Below the pieces are notes generated by a model. It did no database searches. It saw nothing but the letters and a program-made list of their open reading frames with translations, and was not told where the DNA came from. DNA of 64,000 nt, taken from the NCBI GenBank assembly GCA_964394645.1, contig CAYMYC010000001.1, forward strand, positions 479,359 to 543,358. The letters are read 5' to 3'. Each line of letters opens with the position of its first letter. Positions within the stretch are counted from its first letter, which is position 1. The translations under genes and the position numbers were made by a program. Below are positions 1 through 10,417 of this stretch, one piece after another. This stretch comes from an uncultured Gammaproteobacteria bacterium. Its GTDB lineage: Bacteria > Patescibacteriota > Microgenomatia > Levybacterales > GWA1-39-11.

Positions 1-463
1 CTCCGAAAATTCCTACTTTCCCACCCTTTGTAAATGGAGCAATAAGATCAATTACCTTAATTCCAGTTTCGAGTATTTCAGGAGTTGTTGCCTGTTCTGA
101 TAGTGGTGGTGCGCTCTTGTGAATTGAGTCACGTTTAACTGATGCGGGAATCTTACCGCCACCATCAATAGTTTCTCCTAATACATTAAAAATGCGTCCT
201 AGGGTTTCAGGACCAATAGGTACTTCAATTGGGTGGTGAGTTCGTCTTACAGAGGCGCCACGCTTTAAACCCTCAGTTGAGCCCATTGCAATAGTTCTTG
301 CTTCACCGTTTTCTAGCTCAAATTCTGTTTCTAAGATAAGAATTTTCCCATTTAACTCAATTTCCAATGCTTCATAGATTCCAGGAACATTATGTAAGTC
401 AAATTTAACATCTATAACAGCTCCTTGAATTCTTATAACAGCTCCGTCTTTTGTATTTTTCAT
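1..463 (-). CDS. atpD: F1 ATP synthase beta subunit, 5' part (runs off window)
   Basis: Manual translation from ATG at 463: MKNTKDGAVIRIQGAVIDV...TLGRIFNVLG...ETGIKVIDLIAPFTKGGKVGIFG; follows atpG. Confidence 0.95.
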   Translation of the reverse strand, partial: MKNTKDGAVIRIQGAVIDVKFDLHNVPGIYEALEIELNGKILILETEFELENGEARTIAMGSTEGLKRGASVRRTHHPIEVPIGPETLGRIFNVLGETIDGGGKIPASVKRDSIHKSAPPLSEQATTPEILETGIKVIDLIAPFTKGGKVGIFG

Positions 464-465
464 AT

Positions 466-1314
466 TTAATTTAATTGGTTATTTGATAGGTCAAGTATTT
501 CATTTGTAATACGTTCTTGCCGAGACTTATTATACGCGAGAGTAAGATATGTTGCAATCTCATTTGCATTTGATTTTGCATTTTGCATTGCTATCATTCT
601 TGCAACTTGCTCAGAGGTGTATGCTTCAAGAAGAGCGCTGTAAAGTGATGCTTCTAAATATTGTGGAAGAATGCTTTCAAGTAGCTTTGCAGATCCAGGC
701 TCGTATAGATGGTATTGATCATTGCTATCATCTTCAGAAAGAGCGGTATCAATTGGCAGTATTTTTGTTATCTTTGGGGTTTGAAGAAAAAAAGATTTAA
801 ATTCAGTAAACAGAATTTCAACCGATCCTACTTTCCCTGTATTATACTGTTCATTTATAATTTTTAATATTTCATATACATTTTCAAATTTAGGAATTGT
901 AGTTCCCATGGGAAAAGCTGCTAAAAAATTAAAAGAAAGTCTCGCAGCAAATCTTTCAACTTTATTCCCTACTGTAATAAGTGTAGTTTCTTTATTTTCT
1001 TGCAAACTTAATGCTTTAAATAAATTTGTATTAAGCGATCCGCAAAGTCCTCTATCAGGGGAGATTACCAGTAAGAGTTTATTGTTTGAGCTGTTCCCGT
1101 CAATATATGGATGTTTAAACTTTTTTTTATCCACTTTTTTTACAAGTTTATAAGTTAAATTTTCTACCTTTTTAGAATACGGTTTATTGTTTTCCACGGT
1201 TGTTTGTGCTCTTTTAATTTTTGAAGCACTCATCATTTCCATTGCTTTCGCAATTTGGGAAACATTCTTTGCAGTTTTTATTCTTCGTTTTAAAAGTTGT
1301 AAATTTTCAGCCAT
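466..1314 (-). CDS. atpG: F1 ATP synthase gamma subunit
   Basis: QIAKAMEMMSASK, DRGLCGSLN, RMIAMQNAKSNA...RQERITNEILD motifs; operon position. Confidence 0.96.
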   Translation of the reverse strand: MAENLQLLKRRIKTAKNVSQIAKAMEMMSASKIKRAQTTVENNKPYSKKVENLTYKLVKKVDKKKFKHPYIDGNSSNNKLLLVISPDRGLCGSLNTNLFKALSLQENKETTLITVGNKVERFAARLSFNFLAAFPMGTTIPKFENVYEILKIINEQYNTGKVGSVEILFTEFKSFFLQTPKITKILPIDTALSEDDSNDQYHLYEPGSAKLLESILPQYLEASLYSALLEAYTSEQVARMIAMQNAKSNANEIATYLTLAYNKSRQERITNEILDLSNNQLN

Positions 1315-1346
1315 ATGTGTAAATTTTAGAAAATTATATAGATTTT

Positions 1347-2888
1347 TTAAACTAGTGTTTTTTTAAACTCTATAATTGCTTTTTTTAATTCTTCCTGAAG
1401 TTTTTCGTCAAGCTTTTGTCCTTTTTGAAGTGCGTCAACAGATTTTTTTGCCCTCGTTTTTACAAATGATGAAACTTTTTCCTCAAACATGCGAATTTTT
1501 TCAACAGGAAAATCATCTAACACACCGCTTGTAGCCGCGTATATGCTAATTATTTCTGATACTTCATCAAGCGGTTCATACTGGGGTTGGTTTAACATGG
1601 CACTTACTCTTTTACCTCGTTCTATCTGCTTTTGTGTAGCCTCATCCAGGTCTGAGCCAAATTGCGCAAACGCAGCCAAAGATCTAAATTGGGCCAATTC
1701 AAGACGAAGTGGTCCTGCGATCTGTTTCATCCCTTTTGTTTGAGCAGCACCGCCAACGCGCGAGACAGAAAGTCCTACATCCACAGCGGGTCGAGTTCCA
1801 GAGTTAAATAAATCTGTTTTAAGGTAAATCTGTCCATCTGTTATCGAGATAACATTAGTTGGAATATATGCAGAAATGTCATCTGCTTGAGTTTCAATTA
1901 TCGGAAGCGATGTAATTGAACCTCCTCCATTTTCCTTCGACATTCTAACGGAACGTTCAAGTAGTCGTGAATGAAGGTAGAAGATATCCCCAGGGTACGC
2001 TTCACGTCCTGCAGGACGACGAAGAATTAGTGAAATTTGACGGTAAGCATTAGCATGCTTTGAAAGGTCATCGTAAACGAGGAGTACGTCTTGTCCTTGT
2101 TCCATAAAATATTCACCGATTGCAGTTGCGGTAAAAGGCGCTAGAAATTGAAGTGAAGCAGGATCAGAAGCGGAGGCAGTAACTACTATTGTGTAATCCA
2201 TTGCACCATCTTTTTCAAGAATTGCAATAGTTTTGGCAACATTACCTCTTTTTTGTCCTACCGCACAATATACGCAAATAACTTGTCTTAGTCCAAGATC
2301 TTTTTTCTTTTGATTGAGGATAGTGTCTATCGCAATTGCTGTTTTACCAGTATTTCTATCCCCGATTATTAACTGTCTTTGACCGCGTCCTATGGGAGTC
2401 ATTGCGTCTATAGATTTGATCCCTGTTTTAAGCGGTGTGTCAACTGGTTCACGCTCAACTATCCCTGCCGCAATTCTTTCAAGAAAGTATTCTTTTCCGC
2501 GTCCTATTTTTAATGTCTTGCCATCCAGTGCATTTCCCAGGGGGTCGATTACGCGCCCTACTAGCTCATCAGAAACAGTTATGCTAAGAATTTTTCCAGT
2601 TGTTTTTACATTTTGCCCCTCTTGGACTTTGTTATCTGCAGTGAAAAGAATAATAGAGACTTCATCCTCATCAAGGTTTAGAACCAGACCACGTGTTTTG
2701 TCTTCAAATTCAACTTCTTCACCAAATCCCGCCTTCGTAAGCCCTGTTGCTCTGACTATTCCGTCACCCACAAAAGTAACAGTTCCTATGTTTTCAACCC
2801 CTGCGCCTACTTGGAGACCAGAGAGCTTTTTCTCTATTTCAGAAATAAAATCTTCTGTTGTAAATGTTTTTTTATCGTTTTTTGTCAT
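1347..2888 (-). CDS. atpA: F1 ATP synthase alpha subunit
   Basis: GDRNTGKT Walker A, RRPAGREAYPGDIFYLHSRLLER; ATG at 2888 preferred over the TTG at 2921. Confidence 0.97.
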   Translation of the reverse strand: MTKNDKKTFTTEDFISEIEKKLSGLQVGAGVENIGTVTFVGDGIVRATGLTKAGFGEEVEFEDKTRGLVLNLDEDEVSIILFTADNKVQEGQNVKTTGKILSITVSDELVGRVIDPLGNALDGKTLKIGRGKEYFLERIAAGIVEREPVDTPLKTGIKSIDAMTPIGRGQRQLIIGDRNTGKTAIAIDTILNQKKKDLGLRQVICVYCAVGQKRGNVAKTIAILEKDGAMDYTIVVTASASDPASLQFLAPFTATAIGEYFMEQGQDVLLVYDDLSKHANAYRQISLILRRPAGREAYPGDIFYLHSRLLERSVRMSKENGGGSITSLPIIETQADDISAYIPTNVISITDGQIYLKTDLFNSGTRPAVDVGLSVSRVGGAAQTKGMKQIAGPLRLELAQFRSLAAFAQFGSDLDEATQKQIERGKRVSAMLNQPQYEPLDEVSEIISIYAATSGVLDDFPVEKIRMFEEKVSSFVKTRAKKSVDALQKGQKLDEKLQEELKKAIIEFKKTLV

Positions 2889-2933
2889 GTAACTTGTGTT
2901 AAGTAATGCTTTGTAAACCAAACAATTACTTTT

Positions 2934-3290
2934 TTATAGTTCTTCTTCTATCTCTTCTGCAAGTTTTTCAATTTTAGATTTTACAGACAGGTCATATATC
3001 ATATCATATGCCTGTACTTTTAGTCCTGCACCAATTTTATTATTTATCACAGTTTCAATTTTTTTTCCAGAGAAAAGGGATGTAAGTTCAGATTTATCGT
3101 TTTTTGATAATTCATCTGCGCTCGTAATCCTCATAGTCACTTTTTCTTCTTCAAGTAGCATTATTTCCATAAGTTCTCTCAATTCCTTTGGTGCTAGAAT
3201 TTTGGTAAGGCGTTCTGATTGAGTTTTTGATATGCCCCCGTTCTGTGCAATAGTTCTTGCTAAGTTTTTAAGTAAGTATGTATTTTTCAT
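2934..3290 (-). CDS. atpH: ATP synthase delta subunit (short)
   Basis: Between atpF and atpA; C-terminal ITSADEL...INNKIGAGLKVQAYDMIYDLSVKSKIEKL resembles the OSCP/delta C-domain. Confidence 0.8.
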   Translation of the reverse strand: MKNTYLLKNLARTIAQNGGISKTQSERLTKILAPKELRELMEIMLLEEEKVTMRITSADELSKNDKSELTSLFSGKKIETVINNKIGAGLKVQAYDMIYDLSVKSKIEKLAEEIEEEL

Positions 3291-3790
3291 TCTGTTTCTT
3301 TGAGAACTTTTATACTTCTTGTAAGTATCTTATCTCGCTCATCTTTCGTAAACATCTTTTCCATTACTTTTTCAAGAAGCGCTAGAGAATTATCTAAAGA
3401 TGCTTTTTTGGCTCTTTTTTCCATGTCCTCCATTTGTAGATCGGCTTGTTTTTTAGCCTCCAAAATAATCTTTTCAGATTCGTTTTTAGTCTCTGTTAAT
3501 ATTTTTTCGCGTAACAAATCCGCAGTCTTCTTTGTTTCTTCAAGAATATGCTCAGCCTCACGTCCTGCCTTTGTGATAATTGCCTCTTTTTGTGCTTCAG
3601 CACTTTCCCTATCTCTGGCTGCCATCTCAGCATCCTTTAAGCCTTTTTCAATTGTGTGTTTTCGGTCAGACAAGACCTTCAAAATAGGTTTATAAAGAAA
3701 CTTTTTAAAAATTAAGGCAAGTATTAAAAAGTTTACTATTTGTGCAATAAATAAAACTGGTTCAAATCCGAATTGATTTAATATTTCCAT
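3287..3790 (-). CDS. atpF: F0 ATP synthase subunit b
   Basis: N-terminal TM AQIVNFLILALIFKKFLYKPI followed by charged coiled coil; SD AAGGAGG upstream. Confidence 0.95.
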   Translation of the reverse strand: MEILNQFGFEPVLFIAQIVNFLILALIFKKFLYKPILKVLSDRKHTIEKGLKDAEMAARDRESAEAQKEAIITKAGREAEHILEETKKTADLLREKILTETKNESEKIILEAKKQADLQMEDMEKRAKKASLDNSLALLEKVMEKMFTKDERDKILTRSIKVLKETE

Positions 3791-3897
3791 TTAAATATTT
3801 CCTCCTTACTAAAAATTAAACATAAAACAGTGTTATACAAATGATTCACTGTCATTGCAAGACGCCCAAGCAAAAATGACTACTTAAGAGCCTTATA

Positions 3898-3934
3898 ATG
3901 ACAGCGAAATTCAAAAATGAATTTCACCTGTCAT
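3898..3934 (-). other. Stem-loop immediately 3' of atpE stop
   Basis: ATGACAG-C-GAAATTCA-AAAA-TGAATTTC-AC-CTGTCAT inverted repeat. Confidence 0.6.
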
Positions 3935-4893
<959 letters not shown>

Positions 4894-4994
4894 TTTTTAT
4901 TTTGTTATCACTGTGTGTGACAAATGAACAGCAAAAATCTCAATTGATCCTGAGCAAGCCTTGCAAGCTAAAGGAAAATCTTGAGATCGAATAC

Positions 4995-5023
4995 ATTATA
5001 AAAAATGAGTAAAAGCAAGTCAA
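4995..5023 (-). promoter_or_regulatory. Sigma70-type promoter of atp operon
   Basis: TTGACT-17 nt-TATAAT on minus strand about 100 nt upstream of atpB. Confidence 0.7.
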
Positions 5024-5112
5024 CTGGTGAAAAATGTGAAGGCACAATTCCGCAGGTTGAACGTTTTTGCTAAACGTTAATTGTTCTTAGTACAATTTTG
5101 AGTTAAATATTA

Positions 5113-8100
5113 TCAATTAGCAAGGCGTTTTATGGTATCAACTATGATAACTGGTCGTTCGTCCTTAAACTGCAGCTTACCTTCCACTATTACAATTGCA
5201 TCACGAATAAGTACTTGCTTTATTTCTTCGTATGTTTTGGGGAAAACAACACACTCAATGCTTGCACCCGCACTGTCTTCAACTGCAATAAATGCCATTT
5301 CCTGATTTGATTTTTTTGTTACTATTTTTTTAACTGAAGAGACAAGTCCTCCTATTTTAAGCGGAGTTCCTTCTCTTTCCTCCTCTAACTCCGTCAGCTG
5401 ATGGGTTATATAACGGGCAATATTTTCTAACTCTTGACTTAGCGGATGATTTGTAAGGAAAAATCCTAATAGTTCTTTTTCAAACATTAATTTTTCTTTT
5501 TCTGAAAACTCCTCAACGTCATATAGCCCCAACATCGCAACTTCTTCTGCTGCTGTATCAGTTTCACCAAAAAGATTTCCTTGGTTTCGGGCAACATCTT
5601 TTTGTTGCCTTGAAATTTTTTCGACGAGTTCTGGATATGAGGAGAGAAGTGATGATCTTTTTCCAAATTCATCAAGAGCGCCTGCTTTAATCATACTTTC
5701 CATGGTTTTTTTATTTACCTTCGATAGGTCAACTCGTGAAAGAAAATTTGAGAGAGAGGTAAAAGTGCCTGATTTTCTTGCTTCATGAATGCACAGTATA
5801 GCGGCGCTTCCAACATTTTTTATTGCTGATAGTCCGAACCTAATCTTATTTCCTTGAATAGAGAATTCAGCATCAGAAAAATTAACTGAAGGTGCAAGTA
5901 TTTCAACGTTTAGCCTTTTGCACTCAGCGACAGCTTGGGCAATCTTTTCGTTTTTTACAGGTCCAGTTGTCCCCCTAGATTCAGCGGTTAGCAATGCAGT
6001 CATGAATTCAACCGGAAAATGTGCCTTTAGATACGCTGTTCTAAAAGCGATAGTTGCATAGCACGCAGCATGAGCTTTATTAAATCCATATCCCGCAAAG
6101 GGAGCAATAAGTTCGTAGATTTCCTCTGCTTTTTTTTGAGTTAGCCCATTTTTAACAGCACCTGAGAGAAAAATATCTTTTTGCTTTTTCATTTCAGCAG
6201 GAATTTTTTTACCCATTGCTTTTCGGAATTTATCGGCATCAAGCCAACTATAACCAGCAAGAGCTATAGTTGTTAGAAGAACGTCATCTTGAAATGTGAG
6301 TATTCCGTAGGAATTTTTTAGTATATCAGCGAGTCGTGGATCAGGGTAGTTTATTTTTGTAGGATTATGTTTTCTTGCAATAAATTCAGGAATATTTTGC
6401 ATAGGTCCAGGTCTATAAAGCGCAACCATAGCCATAAGATCAAATATGCTGCTAGGTTTTAGTTCTTTAATGTACCTTCTCATGCCCGCTGATTCCAGTT
6501 GAAATATTCCGGTAGTTTCAGCGGAGGAGAGTAGCTCATATGTTTTTTTATCATCAAGTGGAAGTTGTGATACGTCAATTGTCACATTCTTATTTTGTTT
6601 TATAAATTTTAACGATTCCTCGATGATTGTTAGGTTTCGCAGACCTAAAAAATCCATTTTTAAGAGTCCGACACCGTCTTCTCCCACAGTATACATATCA
6701 TATTGTGTTACAATTTTTTCGCCGTTTGTTTCTCTTTGGAGGGGAGTATAGTCAGTAAGTGGTTTATCTGCAATAACGACACCTGCTGCATGAACTGAAG
6801 CATGGCGAGCTACCCCTTCCAGTTTTGTTGCAACATCTAATAATCTCTTTGTTTCCTGCTCTGTAAGGTAAGCTCTTTTAAGATCAGGTGATTGTTCAAG
6901 TGCTTTTGATAATGTCATGGCATGTCCTTGCCATCCGGGGGGAATCATCTTGGCAATTCTGTCTGGTGCAGCATACGGCATTCCGAGCGCTCGTCCTGCG
7001 TCTCGCACGGCACCTCGTGCCTCCATAGTTCCGAAGGTAATTATTTGGGCGACTTTGTCTTCTCCGTATTTTTGAGTTACATAAGAAATAACCTCATCAC
7101 GTCTTGTGTCTGCGAAGTCTAGATCTATGTCTGGGGCAGATGGTCTATCAGGATTTAGAAACCGCTCAAAAGGGAGATTAAAGTAGAAAGGATCAATATC
7201 TGTTATGCTAAGTGCATAAGACACTACTGATCCTGCAGCTGATCCACGTCCAGGACCAACACTAATTCCATGACTTTTTGCCCAACCTACAAAATCCGCC
7301 ACTGTAAGAAAGTAAGTTTCGTACCCTTTTTTTAAAATAACTGCCAATTCATAATCCACCCGTTCCCGTACTTTCTGCTCTATCTTCCCATATCTATCCA
7401 TAAGACCCGCGTCTACAAGTTCTTTTAAATGCTCGCCTGTTGTTTTTCCCGATGGCACATCAAATTTAGGCAAAATCCATTTTCCAAGTGGAATTTCAAC
7501 GTTGCACTGTTCGGCAATTTTTACTGTGTTTGAAATTGCCTCTGGATACTGAGCAAATAATCCTTCCATTTCTTCAGGTGATTTAATGTAGAAGTCAGGA
7601 GAATCTATCATAGATAATTTCCGGTTAGAATCAAGAATTGTTGTTTGTGTTTGAATAGCAAGTAAAATTTCTTGTGCTTCGGCATCGTTTTTATGCGTAT
7701 AGTGATTATCATTTGTAGCAACGATCGGAACACCCATTTTTTTTGAAAGAGCAATAAGCGCTTTATTTAGTGGCTCTTGGGGTGGGACATTGAGGTGTTT
7801 TTGCAATTCCAAATACACATTATCGTCTCCATATATCATGAGAAGTCGTTTAAGTCTTTCTTCAGCTTCATCGGTCTTGCCTTGTAATAGAGGGTCTCCT
7901 ATGTATCCGTTTACACAGGCGGTAAGACAAATAATCCCTTCGGAATATTTCTCAAGCAGTGGAATATCAACTCTTGGTTTGTAATAATATCCCTCAAGAT
8001 TCGCAATAGATACTATTTTCATTAAATTTTTGTACCCTGCATTATCCTTTGCAAGAAGTATCAGGTGATTGTATTCATTATCAATACCTGCTTCCTTGTC

Positions 8101-8328
8101 CAACATTGAACGTTTTGCGATATATATTTCACAGCCAATAATGGGTTTTACCCCTTGCACAAGAGCTTCTTTAAAAAATTTTATTGTTCCATACATGTTT
8201 CCGTGATCTGTTACTGCAATTGCATCCATTCCCAGTTTTTTAGTCTGTGCGAGCATATCAGGATACTTTGACAGTCCGTCAAGAAGTGAATATTCAGAAT
8301 GATTATGAAGATGCACGAATTTTCCCAT
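5113..8328 (-). CDS. dnaE: DNA polymerase III alpha subunit
   Basis: HLHNHSEYSLLDG PHP domain, GPGRGSAAGS, PDIDLDF, KMDFLGLRNL, C-terminal OB fold. Confidence 0.98.
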   Translation of the reverse strand: MGKFVHLHNHSEYSLLDGLSKYPDMLAQTKKLGMDAIAVTDHGNMYGTIKFFKEALVQGVKPIIGCEIYIAKRSMLDKEAGIDNEYNHLILLAKDNAGYKNLMKIVSIANLEGYYYKPRVDIPLLEKYSEGIICLTACVNGYIGDPLLQGKTDEAEERLKRLLMIYGDDNVYLELQKHLNVPPQEPLNKALIALSKKMGVPIVATNDNHYTHKNDAEAQEILLAIQTQTTILDSNRKLSMIDSPDFYIKSPEEMEGLFAQYPEAISNTVKIAEQCNVEIPLGKWILPKFDVPSGKTTGEHLKELVDAGLMDRYGKIEQKVRERVDYELAVILKKGYETYFLTVADFVGWAKSHGISVGPGRGSAAGSVVSYALSITDIDPFYFNLPFERFLNPDRPSAPDIDLDFADTRRDEVISYVTQKYGEDKVAQIITFGTMEARGAVRDAGRALGMPYAAPDRIAKMIPPGWQGHAMTLSKALEQSPDLKRAYLTEQETKRLLDVATKLEGVARHASVHAAGVVIADKPLTDYTPLQRETNGEKIVTQYDMYTVGEDGVGLLKMDFLGLRNLTIIEESLKFIKQNKNVTIDVSQLPLDDKKTYELLSSAETTGIFQLESAGMRRYIKELKPSSIFDLMAMVALYRPGPMQNIPEFIARKHNPTKINYPDPRLADILKNSYGILTFQDDVLLTTIALAGYSWLDADKFRKAMGKKIPAEMKKQKDIFLSGAVKNGLTQKKAEEIYELIAPFAGYGFNKAHAACYATIAFRTAYLKAHFPVEFMTALLTAESRGTTGPVKNEKIAQAVAECKRLNVEILAPSVNFSDAEFSIQGNKIRFGLSAIKNVGSAAILCIHEARKSGTFTSLSNFLSRVDLSKVNKKTMESMIKAGALDEFGKRSSLLSSYPELVEKISRQQKDVARNQGNLFGETDTAAEEVAMLGLYDVEEFSEKEKLMFEKELLGFFLTNHPLSQELENIARYITHQLTELEEEREGTPLKIGGLVSSVKKIVTKKSNQEMAFIAVEDSAGASIECVVFPKTYEEIKQVLIRDAIVIVEGKLQFKDERPVIIVDTIKRLAN

Positions 8329-8332
8329 AATT

Positions 8333-9055
8333 TTACGCAGCTATGTCTTGTTCACTGCCAGAATCATATCTTTCAAACGTGAGAATATTATTTTCATCAG
8401 CTGATGTTTGTATAAAATTGTTTTTGCCATTTTCCTTAAGTCTCTTTGATTCATACATCGCTTTGTCAGCTTTTTTAATTGACTCAAGAGGGTAATTAAG
8501 GTCAACTTGTGTACATCCAGCAGATATTGCGATTTGATGCTCTAAAAATAATTGATTTTGTCTGTCCCACCACTTTTTAACGCCTTTTATTCCTGAGTTT
8601 CTTAGTATGACTATAAATTCGTCACCACCTGTTCTTCCCGCGATATCTCCTGCTCGTAAGTTTTGGCTGATAAGCCTTCCTGTAGTGGAAATATATGTAT
8701 CTCCTGCCTTGTGTCCTAAGGTGTCATTTATCTTTTTAAGACCGTCGGCATCCAAAACTACGGCATTTAGATCTTCAGAGTCACGGGTTGCAACCTTCAC
8801 TAGCTCTAAAAAACGTTTATCAAAACTTTTTCTATTGTGCAATCCAGTGAGTGGATCAATTCCACCCTCAAGCTCTTTTCTGGTTAGTTCCTTTGCGTTG
8901 TCAGAAATTAATCCCCTGTTTTCAGTAGATTTAAGTCCTCTTTCTTCAAACAGCTTTTTTACTTTCTCTATGTTAGGGTGGTGGATTTCTCGGATCGTAG
9001 CTTTAGGAATAGATGTAATTAGAGGTTTTTCAGTTTTTGATGGTCCGTCTGTCAT
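8333..9055 (-). CDS. Stand-alone GGDEF (diguanylate cyclase) protein
   Basis: DPLTGLHNR, DADGLKKINDTLGHKAGD, RAGD I-site and RTGGDEF active site. Confidence 0.9.
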   Translation of the reverse strand: MTDGPSKTEKPLITSIPKATIREIHHPNIEKVKKLFEERGLKSTENRGLISDNAKELTRKELEGGIDPLTGLHNRKSFDKRFLELVKVATRDSEDLNAVVLDADGLKKINDTLGHKAGDTYISTTGRLISQNLRAGDIAGRTGGDEFIVILRNSGIKGVKKWWDRQNQLFLEHQIAISAGCTQVDLNYPLESIKKADKAMYESKRLKENGKNNFIQTSADENNILTFERYDSGSEQDIAA

Positions 9056-10392
9056 TTAAGCGCTTCCAGTATATCATTCTTTACAGCTGTTGCGTCAAGC
9101 TTTTTTCCTGCCTTACGGAGAACTTGTCCTAGAAGAAACATAACAGCGTTTTCTTTTCCGTTCCTGTAATCTATTACAGCCTGTGGATTTTCAGTTATTA
9201 TAGTTGCGATAAGAGATGACAAAATATCTGGGCTTACACTATCCTTTTTCTTTCCCTCTAAAACCATTTTTACCACTTCAGATGGTTCAAACTCTGTGAG
9301 ATCGAGCTTTTTATTAATAATAACATTCGCAATTTCCTTAGGTAATATTTTCCCTTCCCCGTCCTTAACAGCTTTATCAAAAAAGTCAGCTGTTGTTTTG
9401 TCTCGTGTTAAAATTTCAGCGTCTATTGCTGGAAGTTTGTATATTTTTTCAAACCTTGCTTGTTTTTCATCAGGCAATTCTCCAATAGAGTGTAGTAGTT
9501 CCGCAATTTTTTCAATAGATGTAGTAAGGGGGGGGATATCAGGCTCTGGAAAATACCTATAATCGTGTGCGTCCTCTTTTATTCGTTGACTTACAGTCTG
9601 GTTTTTTGTTTCATTCCATCCTCGTGTTTCTTGAGCTGGAGTTTTCCCTTCATCAAGTATTTTTGTTTGACGGTCAATTTCAAATTTTATTGCTTTATCT
9701 ACAAACCTGAATGAGTTAATATTTTTAACCTCCACTTTATAGTTAGGTAGATTCTTTTCGTCAGGCATTCTAAGTGAGATATTTGGCTCTAGCCTCATAT
9801 CCCCTTTTTCCATATCCGCATTTGATACCGCAAGATAGCGCACTATTTTTTGAAGTTTTTGAAGGTAGTCTACCACCTGATGTTCATTATCAAAATCTGG
9901 TTCCGTAACGATCTCTACTAACGGGACTCCTGATCTATTAAAATCAATTAGCGAAACGTTTTCGCCTTCTATATTTGCGTGAGTTAACTTCCCTGTGTCC
10001 TCTTCCATGTGGACACGTCTAATTCTAATCTTTTTTGTTTCCCTACTGCCTTTTGTGCGTGTAACCTCAAGAAAGCCTTCATATCCAAATGGCAAGTCAT
10101 ACTGGCTTATTTGATATCCCTTTGCAAGATCCGGGTAGAAATAATTTTTTCTGTCAAATTTTGAAAATTGGTTAATGCGGCAATTAAGGGCAAGTGCAAT
10201 TTTCATGCACCACTCAATAGCTGTTTTATTAGGGTACGGAAGTGCACCTGGCAAACCTAAGCAGATAGGACATGTGTGGGTATTGGGTTTTTCACCAAAA
10301 TATGCAGCGTCACATCCGCAAAACATCTTAGATTTAGTCTTTAATTCTACATGGACCTCAAGACCGATTATAGGCGTGTATTTGTTATTCAT
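9052..10392 (-). CDS. gatB: Asp/Glu-tRNA amidotransferase subunit B
   Basis: IGLEVHVEL, RKNYFYPDL, DYRYFPEPD; start moved to ATG 10392. Confidence 0.97.
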   Translation of the reverse strand: MNNKYTPIIGLEVHVELKTKSKMFCGCDAAYFGEKPNTHTCPICLGLPGALPYPNKTAIEWCMKIALALNCRINQFSKFDRKNYFYPDLAKGYQISQYDLPFGYEGFLEVTRTKGSRETKKIRIRRVHMEEDTGKLTHANIEGENVSLIDFNRSGVPLVEIVTEPDFDNEHQVVDYLQKLQKIVRYLAVSNADMEKGDMRLEPNISLRMPDEKNLPNYKVEVKNINSFRFVDKAIKFEIDRQTKILDEGKTPAQETRGWNETKNQTVSQRIKEDAHDYRYFPEPDIPPLTTSIEKIAELLHSIGELPDEKQARFEKIYKLPAIDAEILTRDKTTADFFDKAVKDGEGKILPKEIANVIINKKLDLTEFEPSEVVKMVLEGKKKDSVSPDILSSLIATIITENPQAVIDYRNGKENAVMFLLGQVLRKAGKKLDATAVKNDILEALK

Positions 10393-10417
10393 AATTTGTA
10401 AATGATTTATCGCTTTT

